From NCBI GenBank assembly GCA_963741205.1, contig CAVUHW010000015.1, positions 137,897 to 201,896 on the forward strand: a stretch of DNA of 64,000 bases, written 5' to 3'. The position numbers and the translations under genes are program-made. Of the stretch, positions 32,208 through 45,537 are shown piece by piece. Within the stretch, counting starts at the first letter, position 1; each line of letters opens with the position of its first letter. This DNA comes from Nitrospirota bacterium (GTDB lineage Bacteria > Nitrospirota > UBA9217). The notes under the pieces are model-generated. The model ran no database searches, was not told the origin of the DNA, and saw only the letters and a list, made by a program, of their open reading frames with translations.

Positions 32208-32485
32208 GAGAATTCGGAAACCTCGGAGGAAAATGTCATTGTACCACCGCCTGTTGCTTGAGTAAAGGACTTTGTCATTCTCAAGGTCCGGACGGATGAT
32301 GCGGGTGCTAAGCGTCCCGGATCGTTCCCGCCCGGTCTTGCCGCTCTATTCTATAATTAAAAACCCTGCGCTCATTTATATTATTTATATGCAAAAATCT
32401 TGACAATATTTTTTCATTGTGTTAATTTTTTTCGACGTGGGAGCAGAACGGACGTTTCTCTTTTCCCTCAAGGGGCCATCGCGAT

Positions 32486-32911
32486 ATGATCGATATAACC
32501 AACGCACTCTTTTTCCAGCTCGTCAACTTCCTCGTGCTGCTCATCGTGCTGAACTTCATCCTTTTCAAGCCTATCAGACAGATCATGCAGGAGCGCGAAT
32601 TGGGCATCAGCTCGGCGTTCGAGGACGCCAAGTCCGCACAGGATCGCATGCAGCAGCTCCTCGACGGATATAACACCTCCCTGTCCGAGGCCAAGCAGAA
32701 GGCAACGACGACGTTCAACACGATTTACCAGCAGGGTCTCGATGCCCAGCGCGACATGATCGCCGCCGAGCGCGCAAAGGCCGGCGAGATGCTCGATAAG
32801 GCGCGGGCCGAGATAGCCGCCGCGTCCGCTACGGCTAAAACCGACCTCAAGAAAGAGGCGGAGCGGCTCTCGCAGGACATTACCTCCAAGCTGCTCGGAA
32901 GGGCTGTTTAG
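32486..32911 (+). CDS. atpF: ATP synthase F0 subunit b'
   Basis: N-terminal TM, FKPI..ER, coiled coil; first of two b genes. Confidence 0.9.
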   Translation: MIDITNALFFQLVNFLVLLIVLNFILFKPIRQIMQERELGISSAFEDAKSAQDRMQQLLDGYNTSLSEAKQKATTTFNTIYQQGLDAQRDMIAAERAKAGEMLDKARAEIAAASATAKTDLKKEAERLSQDITSKLLGRAV

Positions 32912-32955
32912 AATCAGTTCAGAGTTCAAAGTCCGGAGCTCAGAGAAGAAGCCAA

Positions 32956-33549
32956 ATGATGAAAAGCCTGAAAAGAATTTTAGAGACAATATTCTGCCTG
33001 GCGGGAACCGGCATGTTCGCGGCAATGGCGTTCGCAGAGGAAGCGGGCCACGAGGGACATGAGGAAATAACCTTCCTCGGAGACTGGCTGCCGAGGATCG
33101 TCAACTTCGCGATCATCGCCGCAATCGTGATCTATTTCGGGAGAAAGCCGGTCCGGGATTTCTTCAAAAACCGTTCGGCCGAAATAGCGAAGGCGATGCA
33201 GGAATCGAAGGAAGCACGCGAGCGCGCCGAGGCCGCCCTTGCCGAAATGGAGCGCAAGATCAAGGAACTCGAGGCAGAGACGGCAAGGATGGTCGCCGAC
33301 GCGAAAGAGCGGGGCGAGAAAGACCGGCAAGCGCTCATTGACGAGGGCAAGAAGGTGGCCCAGGACGTTCAGGTCCAGGTGAAGCAGGGCATCGATATCG
33401 AAGTTCAAAAAGCGAAGGCAGCACTCGCAGTAGAGGCATCGCTCCTCTCCATCGACCTCGCGGAAGGCAGGATCAAGAAAACGATCAGCAGCCAGGACCA
33501 GGAGCGGATCGTGAAGGAATACATCACCAAAGTGGGAGGCAAGGGTTGA
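32956..33549 (+). CDS. atpF: ATP synthase F0 subunit b
   Basis: RIVNFAI TM, coiled coil, upstream of delta. Confidence 0.9.
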   Translation: MMKSLKRILETIFCLAGTGMFAAMAFAEEAGHEGHEEITFLGDWLPRIVNFAIIAAIVIYFGRKPVRDFFKNRSAEIAKAMQESKEARERAEAALAEMERKIKELEAETARMVADAKERGEKDRQALIDEGKKVAQDVQVQVKQGIDIEVQKAKAALAVEASLLSIDLAEGRIKKTISSQDQERIVKEYITKVGGKG

Positions 33550-34082
33550 TTCGGATCATCGCCAAACGATACGCCAAGGCCCTCGTTCAGCTCGCCGAGG
33601 AAAAGAAGACCGTCGACCAGACCAGGGCCGACCTGGCCGCCTTTGTCGGCGCCGTGGAAACGCTGCCGGCCTTACAAAAGCTCTTCACCAGTCCCGTATT
33701 CACGTCCGAGAACAAGAGAGCGGTTATCAGGGAGCTGGCGGGGAATCTCAATCTGCAGCAGTCGACGCAGCGGTTCGTGGAGCACCTGGCGGAAACAGGC
33801 AGGATCAGATACGTCAAAGACGTGCATGAGGCGTTTCTGGACATTCTTGCCGAGCGCCTAAACCGCGCCAGCGTGCGGCTTACCACTGCGGCGGCCATTA
33901 ACCCGGCCGACCTTGCGGACATCAAGAAAAAGCTTGAGATGCTCACCGGCAAGCAGGTGGACATCGACTCCAGCATCGATGCGACCCTGATCGGCGGGGC
34001 GAAGGCCCAGATAGGGAGCACCATTTACGACGGGACAATCAAGAACCAGCTCAACAAGATGCGCATGAAACTGGTGAACTAG
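33546..34082 (+). CDS. atpH: ATP synthase delta subunit
   Basis: AKRYAKAL, LIGG...IGSTIYDGT. Confidence 0.95.
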   Translation: MIRIIAKRYAKALVQLAEEKKTVDQTRADLAAFVGAVETLPALQKLFTSPVFTSENKRAVIRELAGNLNLQQSTQRFVEHLAETGRIRYVKDVHEAFLDILAERLNRASVRLTTAAAINPADLADIKKKLEMLTGKQVDIDSSIDATLIGGAKAQIGSTIYDGTIKNQLNKMRMKLVN

Positions 34083-34107
34083 TTTCTCATAAGTCCTTTC
34101 TTTTTGC

Positions 34108-34172
34108 GGTCATTCCGGGCTTGACCCGGAATCCATTTTCCCAATTGGCTTCCCGCTTTCGCGGGAATGACA
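34108..34172. repeat. GTCATTCC-type REP doublet between atpH and atpA
   Basis: GTCATTCCGGGCTTGACCCGGAATCCA ... TGGCTTCCCGCTTTCGCGGGAATGAC. Confidence 0.8.
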
Positions 34173-34201
34173 GCATAAGAAAGATTGTCATAGCCAGCTA
34201 A

Positions 34202-35737
<1,536 letters not shown>

Positions 35738-35800
35738 TCAGTTTAGAGTTTGTTGTTTATGGTTTGTAGGTAACGATAAACACGAAACTTAAAGGTCAAC

Positions 35801-36667
35801 ATGCCTAGCTTACGAGATATTAAAAGAAAGATCACGAGCGTCAAGAAGACCCAGCAAATCACCAAGGCCATGAAGATGGTGGCTGCGGCGAAGCTGCGGA
35901 GGGCTCAGGAGCGCGTGATCTCGGCGCGGCCCTATTCGCGCAAGATGCTCGCAGTGATCGCAAACCTGGCGGGCCGCGTGGAGCGCGCACAGCACCCGCT
36001 CCTCGCAAAGCGCGTGCCCAAGCAGGTAAAGCTAATGGTCCTCACCTCGGACCGGGGACTGTGCGGCGCCTACAATACGAATATTTTACGCAAGGCCGTC
36101 GAGACGGTCAGGCAGTTCAAGGCCGACGGCAAGGAAGTAAAGGTGAATGTCGTCGGACGTAAGGGACGCGACTTCTTCCGGAAACGTTCGGCGTACACGC
36201 TCGGTAAGGTGTGGTCGGAACTCGGCACGATCGACTACGACAAGGCTGCCGACGTCGGCAAGAACATCGTCGAGCGTTTTACCGCGGGCGAGACCGACGA
36301 GGTGTACCTGCTCTATAACGAGTTCAAGAGCGTCATGCAGCAGAAAGTCACTCTCGAGAAACTCCTGCCGGTGGAGCCGCCCGAGGAGGCGGACCCCTTC
36401 ATGGCGGCCGTAGACTACCTCTATGAACCGACGCCGGAGGCGATCCTGGATTCCATTCTGCCGAAGCATATCGAGGTGCAGGTGTACCGCGCGATGCTGG
36501 AGAGCCAGGCGAGCGAGATGGGGGCGCGCATGACGGCGATGGACTCTGCTACCCGGAACGCCAAGGACATGATCGAGCGGCTCACGCTGAAGTTCAACAA
36601 GCAGCGCCAGGCCGCGATTACCAAGGAAATCTCCGAGATCGTCGGCGGCGCGGAAGCGTTGAAATAA
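35801..36667 (+). CDS. atpG: ATP synthase gamma subunit
   Basis: ITKAMKMVAAAK, SDRGLCG, RQAAITKEISEI. Confidence 0.98.
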   Translation: MPSLRDIKRKITSVKKTQQITKAMKMVAAAKLRRAQERVISARPYSRKMLAVIANLAGRVERAQHPLLAKRVPKQVKLMVLTSDRGLCGAYNTNILRKAVETVRQFKADGKEVKVNVVGRKGRDFFRKRSAYTLGKVWSELGTIDYDKAADVGKNIVERFTAGETDEVYLLYNEFKSVMQQKVTLEKLLPVEPPEEADPFMAAVDYLYEPTPEAILDSILPKHIEVQVYRAMLESQASEMGARMTAMDSATRNAKDMIERLTLKFNKQRQAAITKEISEIVGGAEALK

Positions 36668-36671
36668 ACCC

Positions 36672-38191
<1,520 letters not shown>

Positions 38192-38208
38192 AATCCGAAA
38201 AGCCTTCA

Positions 38209-38282
38209 GCCACGAAGGCACGAAGACGCTAAGAACGTCATGTGCCGGATGAACTACTTCGTGTCTTGGTGCCTTCGTGGTA
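38209..38282. repeat. REP-like inverted repeat between atpD and atpC
   Basis: CCACGAAGGCACGAAGACGCTAAG ... CTTCGTGTCTTGGTGCCTTCGTGG. Confidence 0.75.
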
Positions 38283-38328
38283 GAGGTCGTTGATAACGAA
38301 ATTGAGCGCAGAGGAACGGAAAAATATC

Positions 38329-38754
38329 ATGGTCGCTGAAAAAGGGAAAATGCTCCTTGAGATTGTTGCGCCGAGCCGTCAGGTGGTCAGGTCGGAGCGC
38401 GTGGACGAGGTGATCGCCCCGGGGAGCGAGGGCGAGTTCGGCGTGCTGCCGGGCCACACACCGTTTCTGACCACGCTCAAGGTCGGCATGCTTTCTTACC
38501 GCGAGGGCGCCGAATGGCATCACCTTGCGGTCGAGTGGGGATATGCCGAGGTTGGCGCCGACCGGGTCGTCATCCTTGCCGAAGGCGCTGACCGGGCGTC
38601 GGAAATAGACCTTACCGAGGCGAGGCTCGCCAAGGAGCGCGCGGAAAAGGCGCTCGCCGAGAAACTGGAACATACGGATTATGAAAAGGCACGCATCGAT
38701 CTCTTGAGGGCGATGATCCGGATCCAGGTGGCCGAGAAGCACGGCCAGAAGTAA
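38329..38754 (+). CDS. atpC: ATP synthase epsilon subunit
   Basis: GEFGVLPGHTP, GYAEV, C-terminal helical hairpin. Confidence 0.96.
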   Translation: MVAEKGKMLLEIVAPSRQVVRSERVDEVIAPGSEGEFGVLPGHTPFLTTLKVGMLSYREGAEWHHLAVEWGYAEVGADRVVILAEGADRASEIDLTEARLAKERAEKALAEKLEHTDYEKARIDLLRAMIRIQVAEKHGQK

Positions 38755-38785
38755 GCTTGAGCAATCAGGACAGAAGCGTTTCGTG

Positions 38786-38816
38786 AAAGGCAGCCCTCCA
38801 GGGTCTGCCTTTTTTT
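38786..38816 (+). terminator. Intrinsic terminator of the atp operon
   Basis: AAAGGCAG-CCCTCCAGGGT-CTGCCTTT followed by a T run. Confidence 0.8.
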
Positions 38817-38852
38817 ATCCGTGTCGTATGAGGCATGGCAGGCGGAAAAGTC

Positions 38853-38889
38853 TTGACATCCGCGCTGTATTACTTTATAATCATTCCAA
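38853..38889 (+). promoter_or_regulatory. Consensus sigma70 promoter overlapped by a Per-box-like site
   Basis: TTGACA-17 bp-TATAAT; TTATAATCATTCCAA versus Bacillus Per box TTATAATnATTATAA (2 mismatches). Confidence 0.75.
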
Positions 38890-38894
38890 ACAAA

Positions 38895-39329
38895 ATGCTA
38901 ACAACGAAGACAAAACAGGCGCGGCAGCAGGACAAGGCAGTGTGCTTCAAGCGGACCCCTCAGCGGCTTGCCATCCTCGAGTATCTTAAGGGAAACACCT
39001 CTCATCCCTCGGCCGAGGAAATCTACCGTGCCGTGGGGAAGAAATACGAGTCCATGTCGTTCGCGACCGTGTATAATACTCTTCACGCGCTGACGCGGGC
39101 GGGGGCGCTTCGGGAACTCACCATCGATCCCGAGAGAAAACGGTACGACCCCGATACCAGCCGGCACCATCATCTGATCTGCATCGCCTGCGGAAAAATA
39201 TTCGATGTCCCGGACGAGCTTCGCGTGGACCTGCCGAAGTCCATGGAGGGGGATTTTACCGTGATCGGGAACCACGTTGAATTTTACGGTCACTGCTCTC
39301 TCTGCGGAATGAAACGGAAAGCGCCGTGA
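38895..39329 (+). CDS. perR: Fur-family repressor, PerR-like
   Basis: TPQRLAIL, HPSAEEIY, ATVYNTL, HHHLICIAC, GHCSLC; upstream of oxidative-stress genes. Confidence 0.8.
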   Translation: MLTTKTKQARQQDKAVCFKRTPQRLAILEYLKGNTSHPSAEEIYRAVGKKYESMSFATVYNTLHALTRAGALRELTIDPERKRYDPDTSRHHHLICIACGKIFDVPDELRVDLPKSMEGDFTVIGNHVEFYGHCSLCGMKRKAP

Positions 39330-39413
39330 AGATACAGCGCTGAATTCTCAGTTCGAAATCCTCACTACTATCAAATTTCAAAGTTCAATTTCAATTATCA
39401 TCAGGAGTCTGCC

Positions 39414-40658
39414 ATGCGCGCGATAGAAATCAAACCGGATATTTACTGGGTGGGGGCGATCGACTGGGCGGTCCGCGATTTTCACGGGTATATCACGCCC
39501 AACGGGACGACCTACAACAACTATCTCATCCTCGACCAGCACGTGACGCTCATTGACACGGTGAAGCACGATTTCGGCGAGTATACCGTCGACAACATCA
39601 AAAGCCTGGTGGACCCCGGGAAGATCGAAAACGTCGTCATCAACCACATCGAAAACGATCATGCCTCAAGCCTCGACCGCATCATGGCGCTCTGCCCGAA
39701 TGCCACGATCTTTATCTCTGATCGGGGTAAAAAGGCCCTGGACCGGTTTTTCGACACTGCACGCTGGAAGTTCCAGATCGTGAAGACCGGACACACCCTC
39801 TCGACCGGATCGAAGACGATCACCTTTCTCGAAACGCCGATGCTTCACTGGCCGGACTCCATGATGAGCTACGTGAAGGAAGACAAGCTCCTCATAAGCC
39901 AGGACGCGTTCGGCCAGCACCTCGCCTCATCAGCCCGCTTCGACGACGAATACTGCGACCAGTACTCGGTTACGGCGCTGGAGCACGCGGTCAGGGACTA
40001 CTACGCGAACATCCTGATGCCCTTCGGCGCACTCATCAAGGCAAAGCTCGCCGAGGTCAAGAAACTGGGCCTGGAGATCGACATGATTGCTCCGGACCAC
40101 GGCATCATCTGGAGGAGGGACCCTGCCAAGATCCTGCAGATGTACCTCGACATGGCGAACGACAAGGCCGACCTTCGGATCGTGATCGTGTACGACACCA
40201 TGTGGCACTCCACCGAGCACATGACCATCCCCCTCATGCAGGGCATCAAGTCGGCAGGGGTCGATGTGGATGTTCTCAAGCTCAGGTCCACTCCCATGAG
40301 CGTCGCTATTAAGCGGGTGTGGGAGTCGCGGGCCATGCTCGTCGGGACGCCGACCTTGAACAATATCATGTTCCCGACCGTTGCCGAGTTTTTGACCCAC
40401 CTCCGGGGGCTCCGGCCCAAGAACCGGATGGCCGCGGCCTTCGGAAGCTTCGGATGGGGCGGCGGCGCGGTGAAGGAGGCCTACGAAGCGTTCAAGAAAA
40501 TGGGGCTTGAGGTCGTCGAACCCGGCGTCGAGGTTCTCTACCGGCCGAGCGAGGACGATGACCGCAAGTGCTACGAATTCGGCAGGCAGTTCGCGGAAAA
40601 GGTGAAGGAGTATCAGAAGAAGTTCGACGGCAGCCTGTCGGGCGAATGCAGGTCTTAG
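39414..40658 (+). CDS. fprA: Flavodiiron protein (FprA, O2/NO reductase)
   Basis: [27 protein letters not shown], flavodoxin domain FGSFGWGG. Confidence 0.93.
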   Translation: MRAIEIKPDIYWVGAIDWAVRDFHGYITPNGTTYNNYLILDQHVTLIDTVKHDFGEYTVDNIKSLVDPGKIENVVINHIENDHASSLDRIMALCPNATIFISDRGKKALDRFFDTARWKFQIVKTGHTLSTGSKTITFLETPMLHWPDSMMSYVKEDKLLISQDAFGQHLASSARFDDEYCDQYSVTALEHAVRDYYANILMPFGALIKAKLAEVKKLGLEIDMIAPDHGIIWRRDPAKILQMYLDMANDKADLRIVIVYDTMWHSTEHMTIPLMQGIKSAGVDVDVLKLRSTPMSVAIKRVWESRAMLVGTPTLNNIMFPTVAEFLTHLRGLRPKNRMAAAFGSFGWGGGAVKEAYEAFKKMGLEVVEPGVEVLYRPSEDDDRKCYEFGRQFAEKVKEYQKKFDGSLSGECRS

Positions 40659-40708
40659 CCTGCGGAACGAAATACTTTCCCAAAGAGCATCGAACGGAGG
40701 ACGGAAAT

Positions 40709-40837
40709 ATGTGGAGATGCACCATATGCGGTTACATCTATGACGATGCCCAGGAGGGGAAGAAGTTTGAGGACCTTCCCGACGACTGGTACTGTCCGGT
40801 CTGCAACGCCCCCAAAGACGCTTTTGTGCAGATGTAA
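40709..40837 (+). CDS. Rubredoxin (42 aa)
   Basis: CTICGYIYD...[13 protein letters not shown]; SD GGAGG. Confidence 0.93.
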   Translation: MWRCTICGYIYDDAQEGKKFEDLPDDWYCPVCNAPKDAFVQM

Positions 40838-40856
40838 CGAGCCGGTTTTTATCACC

Positions 40857-40883
40857 GAAAGGCGGCCGCACGGCCGCCTTTTC
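40857..40883 (+). terminator. Intrinsic terminator after rubredoxin
   Basis: AAAGGCGGCCG-CA-CGGCCGCCTTTT. Confidence 0.75.
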
Positions 40884-41047
40884 TGTTACGGTTATCCTCA
40901 ATTCTCACGGCAATTGCTTTAACTCTTGCCTTTTCCCCTCGTTTATACTATTCTTTTTTCCGGCGGCCCTGATCCACAACTTCCCTCGCGGTTATGATCG
41001 GTCCTTGGGATCAGCAGGCCGGAGCGTGTTTACCGAGGAGCAGACTA

Positions 41048-41755
41048 ATGCCTGACGAACGGAAAAAGAGCGTCAAGGAATGGCCCGAAGATGAACAACC
41101 GAGGGAACGGCTGATGAAATACGGCGCCGGCACCCTTTCTGACGCGCAGCTTCTTGCAATTATAATCCGGAACGGCAGGGATGGGCGCTCTTCGGTGGAT
41201 CTGGGTATTGAACTGCTTGACAAATTCGAGAGCCTTGAAGGGATTGCGCAGGCAGGCTTCGATGAGATTTGCGGGAAGCATGGCGTCAAGGGCATCGGTA
41301 AAGCGAAAGCCACGGAGATCAAGGCCGCAATCGAACTGGGAAGGCGGCACCAGAAGCCAAGCCTGGCCGGCGCGTCGTTCTGCTCGAGCGGGGACGTCGT
41401 CTCGTACTATCAGCCGCGGATGAAGGACCTCAAGAAAGAGATGTTCCGGTGCGCGCTGCTCGACACGAAGAACAAGATCATCAGGGACGAGGTCGTCTCG
41501 ATCGGCAGCCTGACCGCTTCCATTGTCCACCCCCGCGATACCTTCAAGGCCGCGATCCGCGAGTCGGCCGCGGCCGTCATCTTCATCCACAACCACCCGA
41601 GCGGAGACATCAAGCCGAGCCAGGAGGACATCCTCCTGACCCGGCGACTGGTCCAGGCCGGAGAGGTGCTCGGCATTCAGGTGCTCGACCACATCATCAT
41701 CGGCGACGGGAGCCACTTCAGCTTCCGGGACAACGGGCTGATGCAGCGACCCTGA
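41048..41755 (+). CDS. radC: RadC/UPF0758 JAB-domain protein
   Basis: PRERL, GIGKAKA HhH, HNHPSGD..PS.ED, LDHIIIG. Confidence 0.95.
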   Translation: MPDERKKSVKEWPEDEQPRERLMKYGAGTLSDAQLLAIIIRNGRDGRSSVDLGIELLDKFESLEGIAQAGFDEICGKHGVKGIGKAKATEIKAAIELGRRHQKPSLAGASFCSSGDVVSYYQPRMKDLKKEMFRCALLDTKNKIIRDEVVSIGSLTASIVHPRDTFKAAIRESAAAVIFIHNHPSGDIKPSQEDILLTRRLVQAGEVLGIQVLDHIIIGDGSHFSFRDNGLMQRP

Positions 41756-41870
41756 TCTCATCTGAAAAAGAAGCCGCAAACTTCAGCTTGCGCGGTTTAT
41801 TTACGCGTTACCGGCGCCCCGCGAAGCGGGTCGGCTGCCGAGACGGGACAATTGCAATGAGCTCCAGATT

Positions 41871-43133
41871 ATGCCTATGCGCGAACAAAAGGTCATTATA
41901 ATCGTCGTTGTCAGCGCCGCGCTTCTGCTGTCAATCACGGTCCTGTTTCTTGCCAGTGTCGTGAGGAGGGTCCACCACAAGGAGAAGTACCGGCGCCTGG
42001 ACCGCCTGCGGACCTTCTTCGAAAGAAAGCTCATTGCCGACCTCTCTGCGGGCGGCGCGGATCTCGTCACCGAGGATTACCGGACGCATCCCGGGTCCCT
42101 CGAGTGGCAGGCCTTGGAAGACGTTCTTTTCCTGCTGATTGACGAAGAACGATACCGGGGCGAGGTCAAGAGGCTGTTCCTCGGTCTCGGCTACGTTGCG
42201 TATTATGAAGACGGGCTTGCGAGCAGGAACCGGATCGTGAAGGAGTCCGCCATCGACAAGCTCGGAAGGATGGAGAACGAATCGTCGGCGCTCAAGCTTT
42301 TCCCTCTCCTGGATGATACGGACCCCGGCATCCTGTCCGTTACCGTGCGCGCGTTGAGCAAGATAGGCTCCCGGGAAGCCCTTCGGAGGGTCGTGGAAAA
42401 ACTGCCCCGTTTGCTGGGGCAGTCCCTCGTAGCCGGGAAGGCGATGGAAACCGCGCTCCTGAATTTCGATGCAGCCGCCGTGCCCGTCCTGATCGAACAG
42501 CTTGGCGAGCATCGCGAGCCGCTGGTTGTTTCCACCGTGCTCGAAATTCTTTCCCGCTTCCCTCCCGAATCGCGGGCGGTTTTTCTGGCTATCGAGCACC
42601 TGAACGACGCGGACCCCGAGGTCAGGAGCAGGGCGCTGAAGGTGGTGGGCCGTGCTGAAAAGAACCTTCCGCAGCATCTGCCTTCGCTCATCATTCCGCT
42701 CCTCTCCGACCCGGTGTGGTTCGTGCGGCTCCAGGCAATCAAGGCGGCAAGGGCGCTCGGTTGCGAACAGGCGGCCGGGCCGCTCGGCAAGCTGCTCTTC
42801 GACGAAAACTGGCAGGTGAGAAGCGGGGCGGCCCTGGCCCTGACGGGACTCGGCGACTGCGCCGTCGAGGTCTTCCTCGACGCGCTCACGATGTATGCCG
42901 CTGAGACCAAAGAGGACGTCTGCGAGGAGATCGAGAAGACGGGTTTCACCCGCAGGCTGATCGAAAACCTGGTCAGCCGCGACGTTACGGTGCGCATGAA
43001 ATCCCGCGAGATCCTTTCTCTCATGATCGCCCACGGGTTCTCGGCGCCCCTCGTCGAGTATCTCAAAAACGGAGAGGATGAGCAATCCAGGCAGGTCATA
43101 CGGGAAATCCTGGCGGAAGGAGACGCGCGATGA
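41871..43133 (+). CDS. Membrane-anchored HEAT-repeat protein
   Basis: N-terminal TM; repeats such as L.D.DPEVR..A, DPVWFVR, DENWQVR. Confidence 0.85.
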   Translation: MPMREQKVIIIVVVSAALLLSITVLFLASVVRRVHHKEKYRRLDRLRTFFERKLIADLSAGGADLVTEDYRTHPGSLEWQALEDVLFLLIDEERYRGEVKRLFLGLGYVAYYEDGLASRNRIVKESAIDKLGRMENESSALKLFPLLDDTDPGILSVTVRALSKIGSREALRRVVEKLPRLLGQSLVAGKAMETALLNFDAAAVPVLIEQLGEHREPLVVSTVLEILSRFPPESRAVFLAIEHLNDADPEVRSRALKVVGRAEKNLPQHLPSLIIPLLSDPVWFVRLQAIKAARALGCEQAAGPLGKLLFDENWQVRSGAALALTGLGDCAVEVFLDALTMYAAETKEDVCEEIEKTGFTRRLIENLVSRDVTVRMKSREILSLMIAHGFSAPLVEYLKNGEDEQSRQVIREILAEGDAR

Positions 43134-44560
43134 AGAGCGCGGTGATCCTGTTCATCCTGGGGTTCAACTATTTTGTCGGGGTCTATTTCGCGGTCATCAA
43201 CGCCTTCTATACGATGCTCCTGGGCGTCTCGCTCATCGTCATCCTGCGGCACATCCGCCGGATCAAGTACGCGCCGGTCAGGGATTACCGCGCCTCCCCC
43301 GAGACCCCTCCCGTGTCCATCATCATCCCCGTTTTTAACGAAGAGCACGTCGTCATCAAGAGCATCCGCTCGGCCCTGGCCGCGAATTACCCGTCGTTCG
43401 AAGTGATCGTGGTGAACGACGGGTCCACGGACAAGACGCTCCTGACCGTGATTGACGCCTTCGGGATGACCAGGGTCGACCGGGTGAACCGCGGCTCTCT
43501 CGGGACCCGGACCGTCAGGGGTTACTATGCCGGCGCGGGCACGCCGAACCTCCTCGTGATCGACAAGGAGAACGGCGGGAAGTCCGATGCCATGAACTGC
43601 GGGATCAACGCGTCGAGCTGCCCCTACTTCTGCTCCGTAGACGCCGATTCCCTGATCGAGCGCGACGCGCTCATGAGGCTCATGGTCCCGGTGATCGAAA
43701 GCAACGTTCCGGTGATCGCCTGCGGAGGGGTCGTGCGCGTGCTGAACGGGGTGCGGGTGCGGGACGGGATCGAGATCGAGGAGATAGATCTCCCGAAAAA
43801 AGCCCTGGTGCTCTTCCAGATCGTGGAGTATTTGCGGGGCTTCCTGTTCGGGCGGGTGGGGTTCGATGCCCTGAATTCCGTGCTTATCCTTTCCGGGGCC
43901 TTTACGCTCTTCCACAAGCCGGCGGTCCTGGAGGCGGGCGGATTCAAGGTCGGGAACGTGGCTGAAGACATGGAGATCGTCATGCGGCTGCACAAACTCC
44001 GGCTGAGCCAGGGGAAACCGTACCGGATACGATTCGTCTCGGACCCCGTCTGCTGGACCGAGGCCCCGGACAAGATAAAAATGCTCGCCAGGCAGCGCAG
44101 ACGCTGGCACCTCGGGCTGATCCAGACCATCTGCCAGTACCGGGAAATGCTCTTAAACCGGCGCTACGGCAGGATCGGCCTGTTCACCATGCCCTACTAT
44201 GTGTTCTTCGAGATCCTGGGCCCTGTCGTCGAGATGACCGGGTACGTCGTGGTGCCCTGCTCCTATTTCCTGGGGCTGCTCGATCTCCAGTTTCTTCTGC
44301 TCTTTATCGTCCTTGCCCTGTTCTACGGCGTGTTCCTGTCCACGGCCGGAATTTTTCTCGAAGAGCTCACGTTCCGGCGGTATCCGCGCTGGAAACACCT
44401 GTTCCGTCTGCTGATCTACGGCGTGCTGGAGAACTTCGGCTATCGCCAGATGAACGCCTTCTGGAGGATCCAGGCGCTGGTTCAATATTTCATCGGAAAG
44501 AGGAAGTGGGAGCAGGTGCAGGAAAAAGGGACGTCCGGCGTGGAAAACGGCATGAGTTGA
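43130..44560 (+). CDS. Processive family-2 glycosyltransferase (PgaC/IcaA-like)
   Basis: PVFNEE, NDGS, GGKSDA, DAD, AED, QRRRW, TM helices. Confidence 0.92.
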   Translation: MKSAVILFILGFNYFVGVYFAVINAFYTMLLGVSLIVILRHIRRIKYAPVRDYRASPETPPVSIIIPVFNEEHVVIKSIRSALAANYPSFEVIVVNDGSTDKTLLTVIDAFGMTRVDRVNRGSLGTRTVRGYYAGAGTPNLLVIDKENGGKSDAMNCGINASSCPYFCSVDADSLIERDALMRLMVPVIESNVPVIACGGVVRVLNGVRVRDGIEIEEIDLPKKALVLFQIVEYLRGFLFGRVGFDALNSVLILSGAFTLFHKPAVLEAGGFKVGNVAEDMEIVMRLHKLRLSQGKPYRIRFVSDPVCWTEAPDKIKMLARQRRRWHLGLIQTICQYREMLLNRRYGRIGLFTMPYYVFFEILGPVVEMTGYVVVPCSYFLGLLDLQFLLLFIVLALFYGVFLSTAGIFLEELTFRRYPRWKHLFRLLIYGVLENFGYRQMNAFWRIQALVQYFIGKRKWEQVQEKGTSGVENGMS

Positions 44561-44633
44561 CAGGTCGGCCGCCGGCGCCGCAAGGTAGTACGGTCAAGAG
44601 CAGTCACAAGTTGTTGAGTACTGCCGAACGATC

Positions 44634-45465
44634 ATGTCCAACTGCCGAGTCGACGCGCATGTACATATCCGGAGCTTAGACGCCCTCGGCGACGCAGCCG
44701 CTGCGGGGGTCACCGCCCTTCGAGACGCGGGCACGAAGAGGGGCGCGGGCCTCTCCGCATGCCGGGAGCGCGATACGAGGGCTTTCAAAGCCTGCATTTC
44801 GGCCGGGTGGGCGCTTTATAAAAAGGGAGGCTACGGGTCGTCCTTCGGCGTTTGCGTGGAAGGTCGCGGCGAGATTGCGGCGGAAATTCACAAGCTCTCG
44901 CGGGCCGGCGCAGGTATAATAAAAGTCAATGGCCTCCGGGATCGTGAGTCTTCGCAGTCCGGCCAGCATAACGCCGGGAGGATTTACGACGGATGAGCTT
45001 GCGTTCATCGTGGAAGAGGCGCGTCGCGCGGGCCTCGGAGTAATGGCCCACGCGAACGGCGAGCAGGCGATCATCGGCGCGGCGCAAGCGGGGGTTCGCT
45101 CGGTAGAGCACGGCTTTTTCATGACGAAGCGGGCGCTCGAGGAGATGGCGGCACAAGGTGTGTTCTGGACGCCGACGGTAGGGGCGCTGGCCCGGGCCGC
45201 GCATAAAGGCGCGGCATCCGACGAGATGAAGGCATATCTAGCAGGAGTGATCGTTTCCCACTTGGAAATGATACATTACGCCCACGGCATCGGCGTCGCT
45301 CTCGCAATCGGCACGGATTGCGTCTTACCCGATCCTCGATATCAGGAAGCCTATGAGGCTGAGCTTCTGTACTTTGAACAAGCGGGGCTCTCCCGCGACA
45401 AGGTGCAAGCGATCGCCGGCGACGGCGGGGCGAGGCTGTTAAATATAGGGTCAAGTAGCAAGTAG
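44634..45465 (+). CDS. Amidohydrolase-superfamily protein (frameshift near 44928; start uncertain)
   Basis: DAHVH, GVTALRDAG, IKV.ASG, MAHA, SVEHG, IGTD. Confidence 0.75.
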
Positions 45466-45516
45466 CAAGGTTCTGTCTTCCTTGGGGCTTGACCCTTGCT
45501 ACTTGACCCTTGACTT
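45448..45516. repeat. 7-bp periodic inverted repeat
   Basis: GGGTCAA GTAGCAA GTAGCAA ... CTTGACC CTTGCTA CTTGACC CTTGACT. Confidence 0.7.
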
Positions 45517-45537
45517 TGTCTTACTTCGGAGGGTCTT

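Noticed and set aside
41048-41755. radC as a mobile-element or anti-restriction marker
   Set aside because: It is the full-length HhH+JAB chromosomal form with no mobility genes around it.
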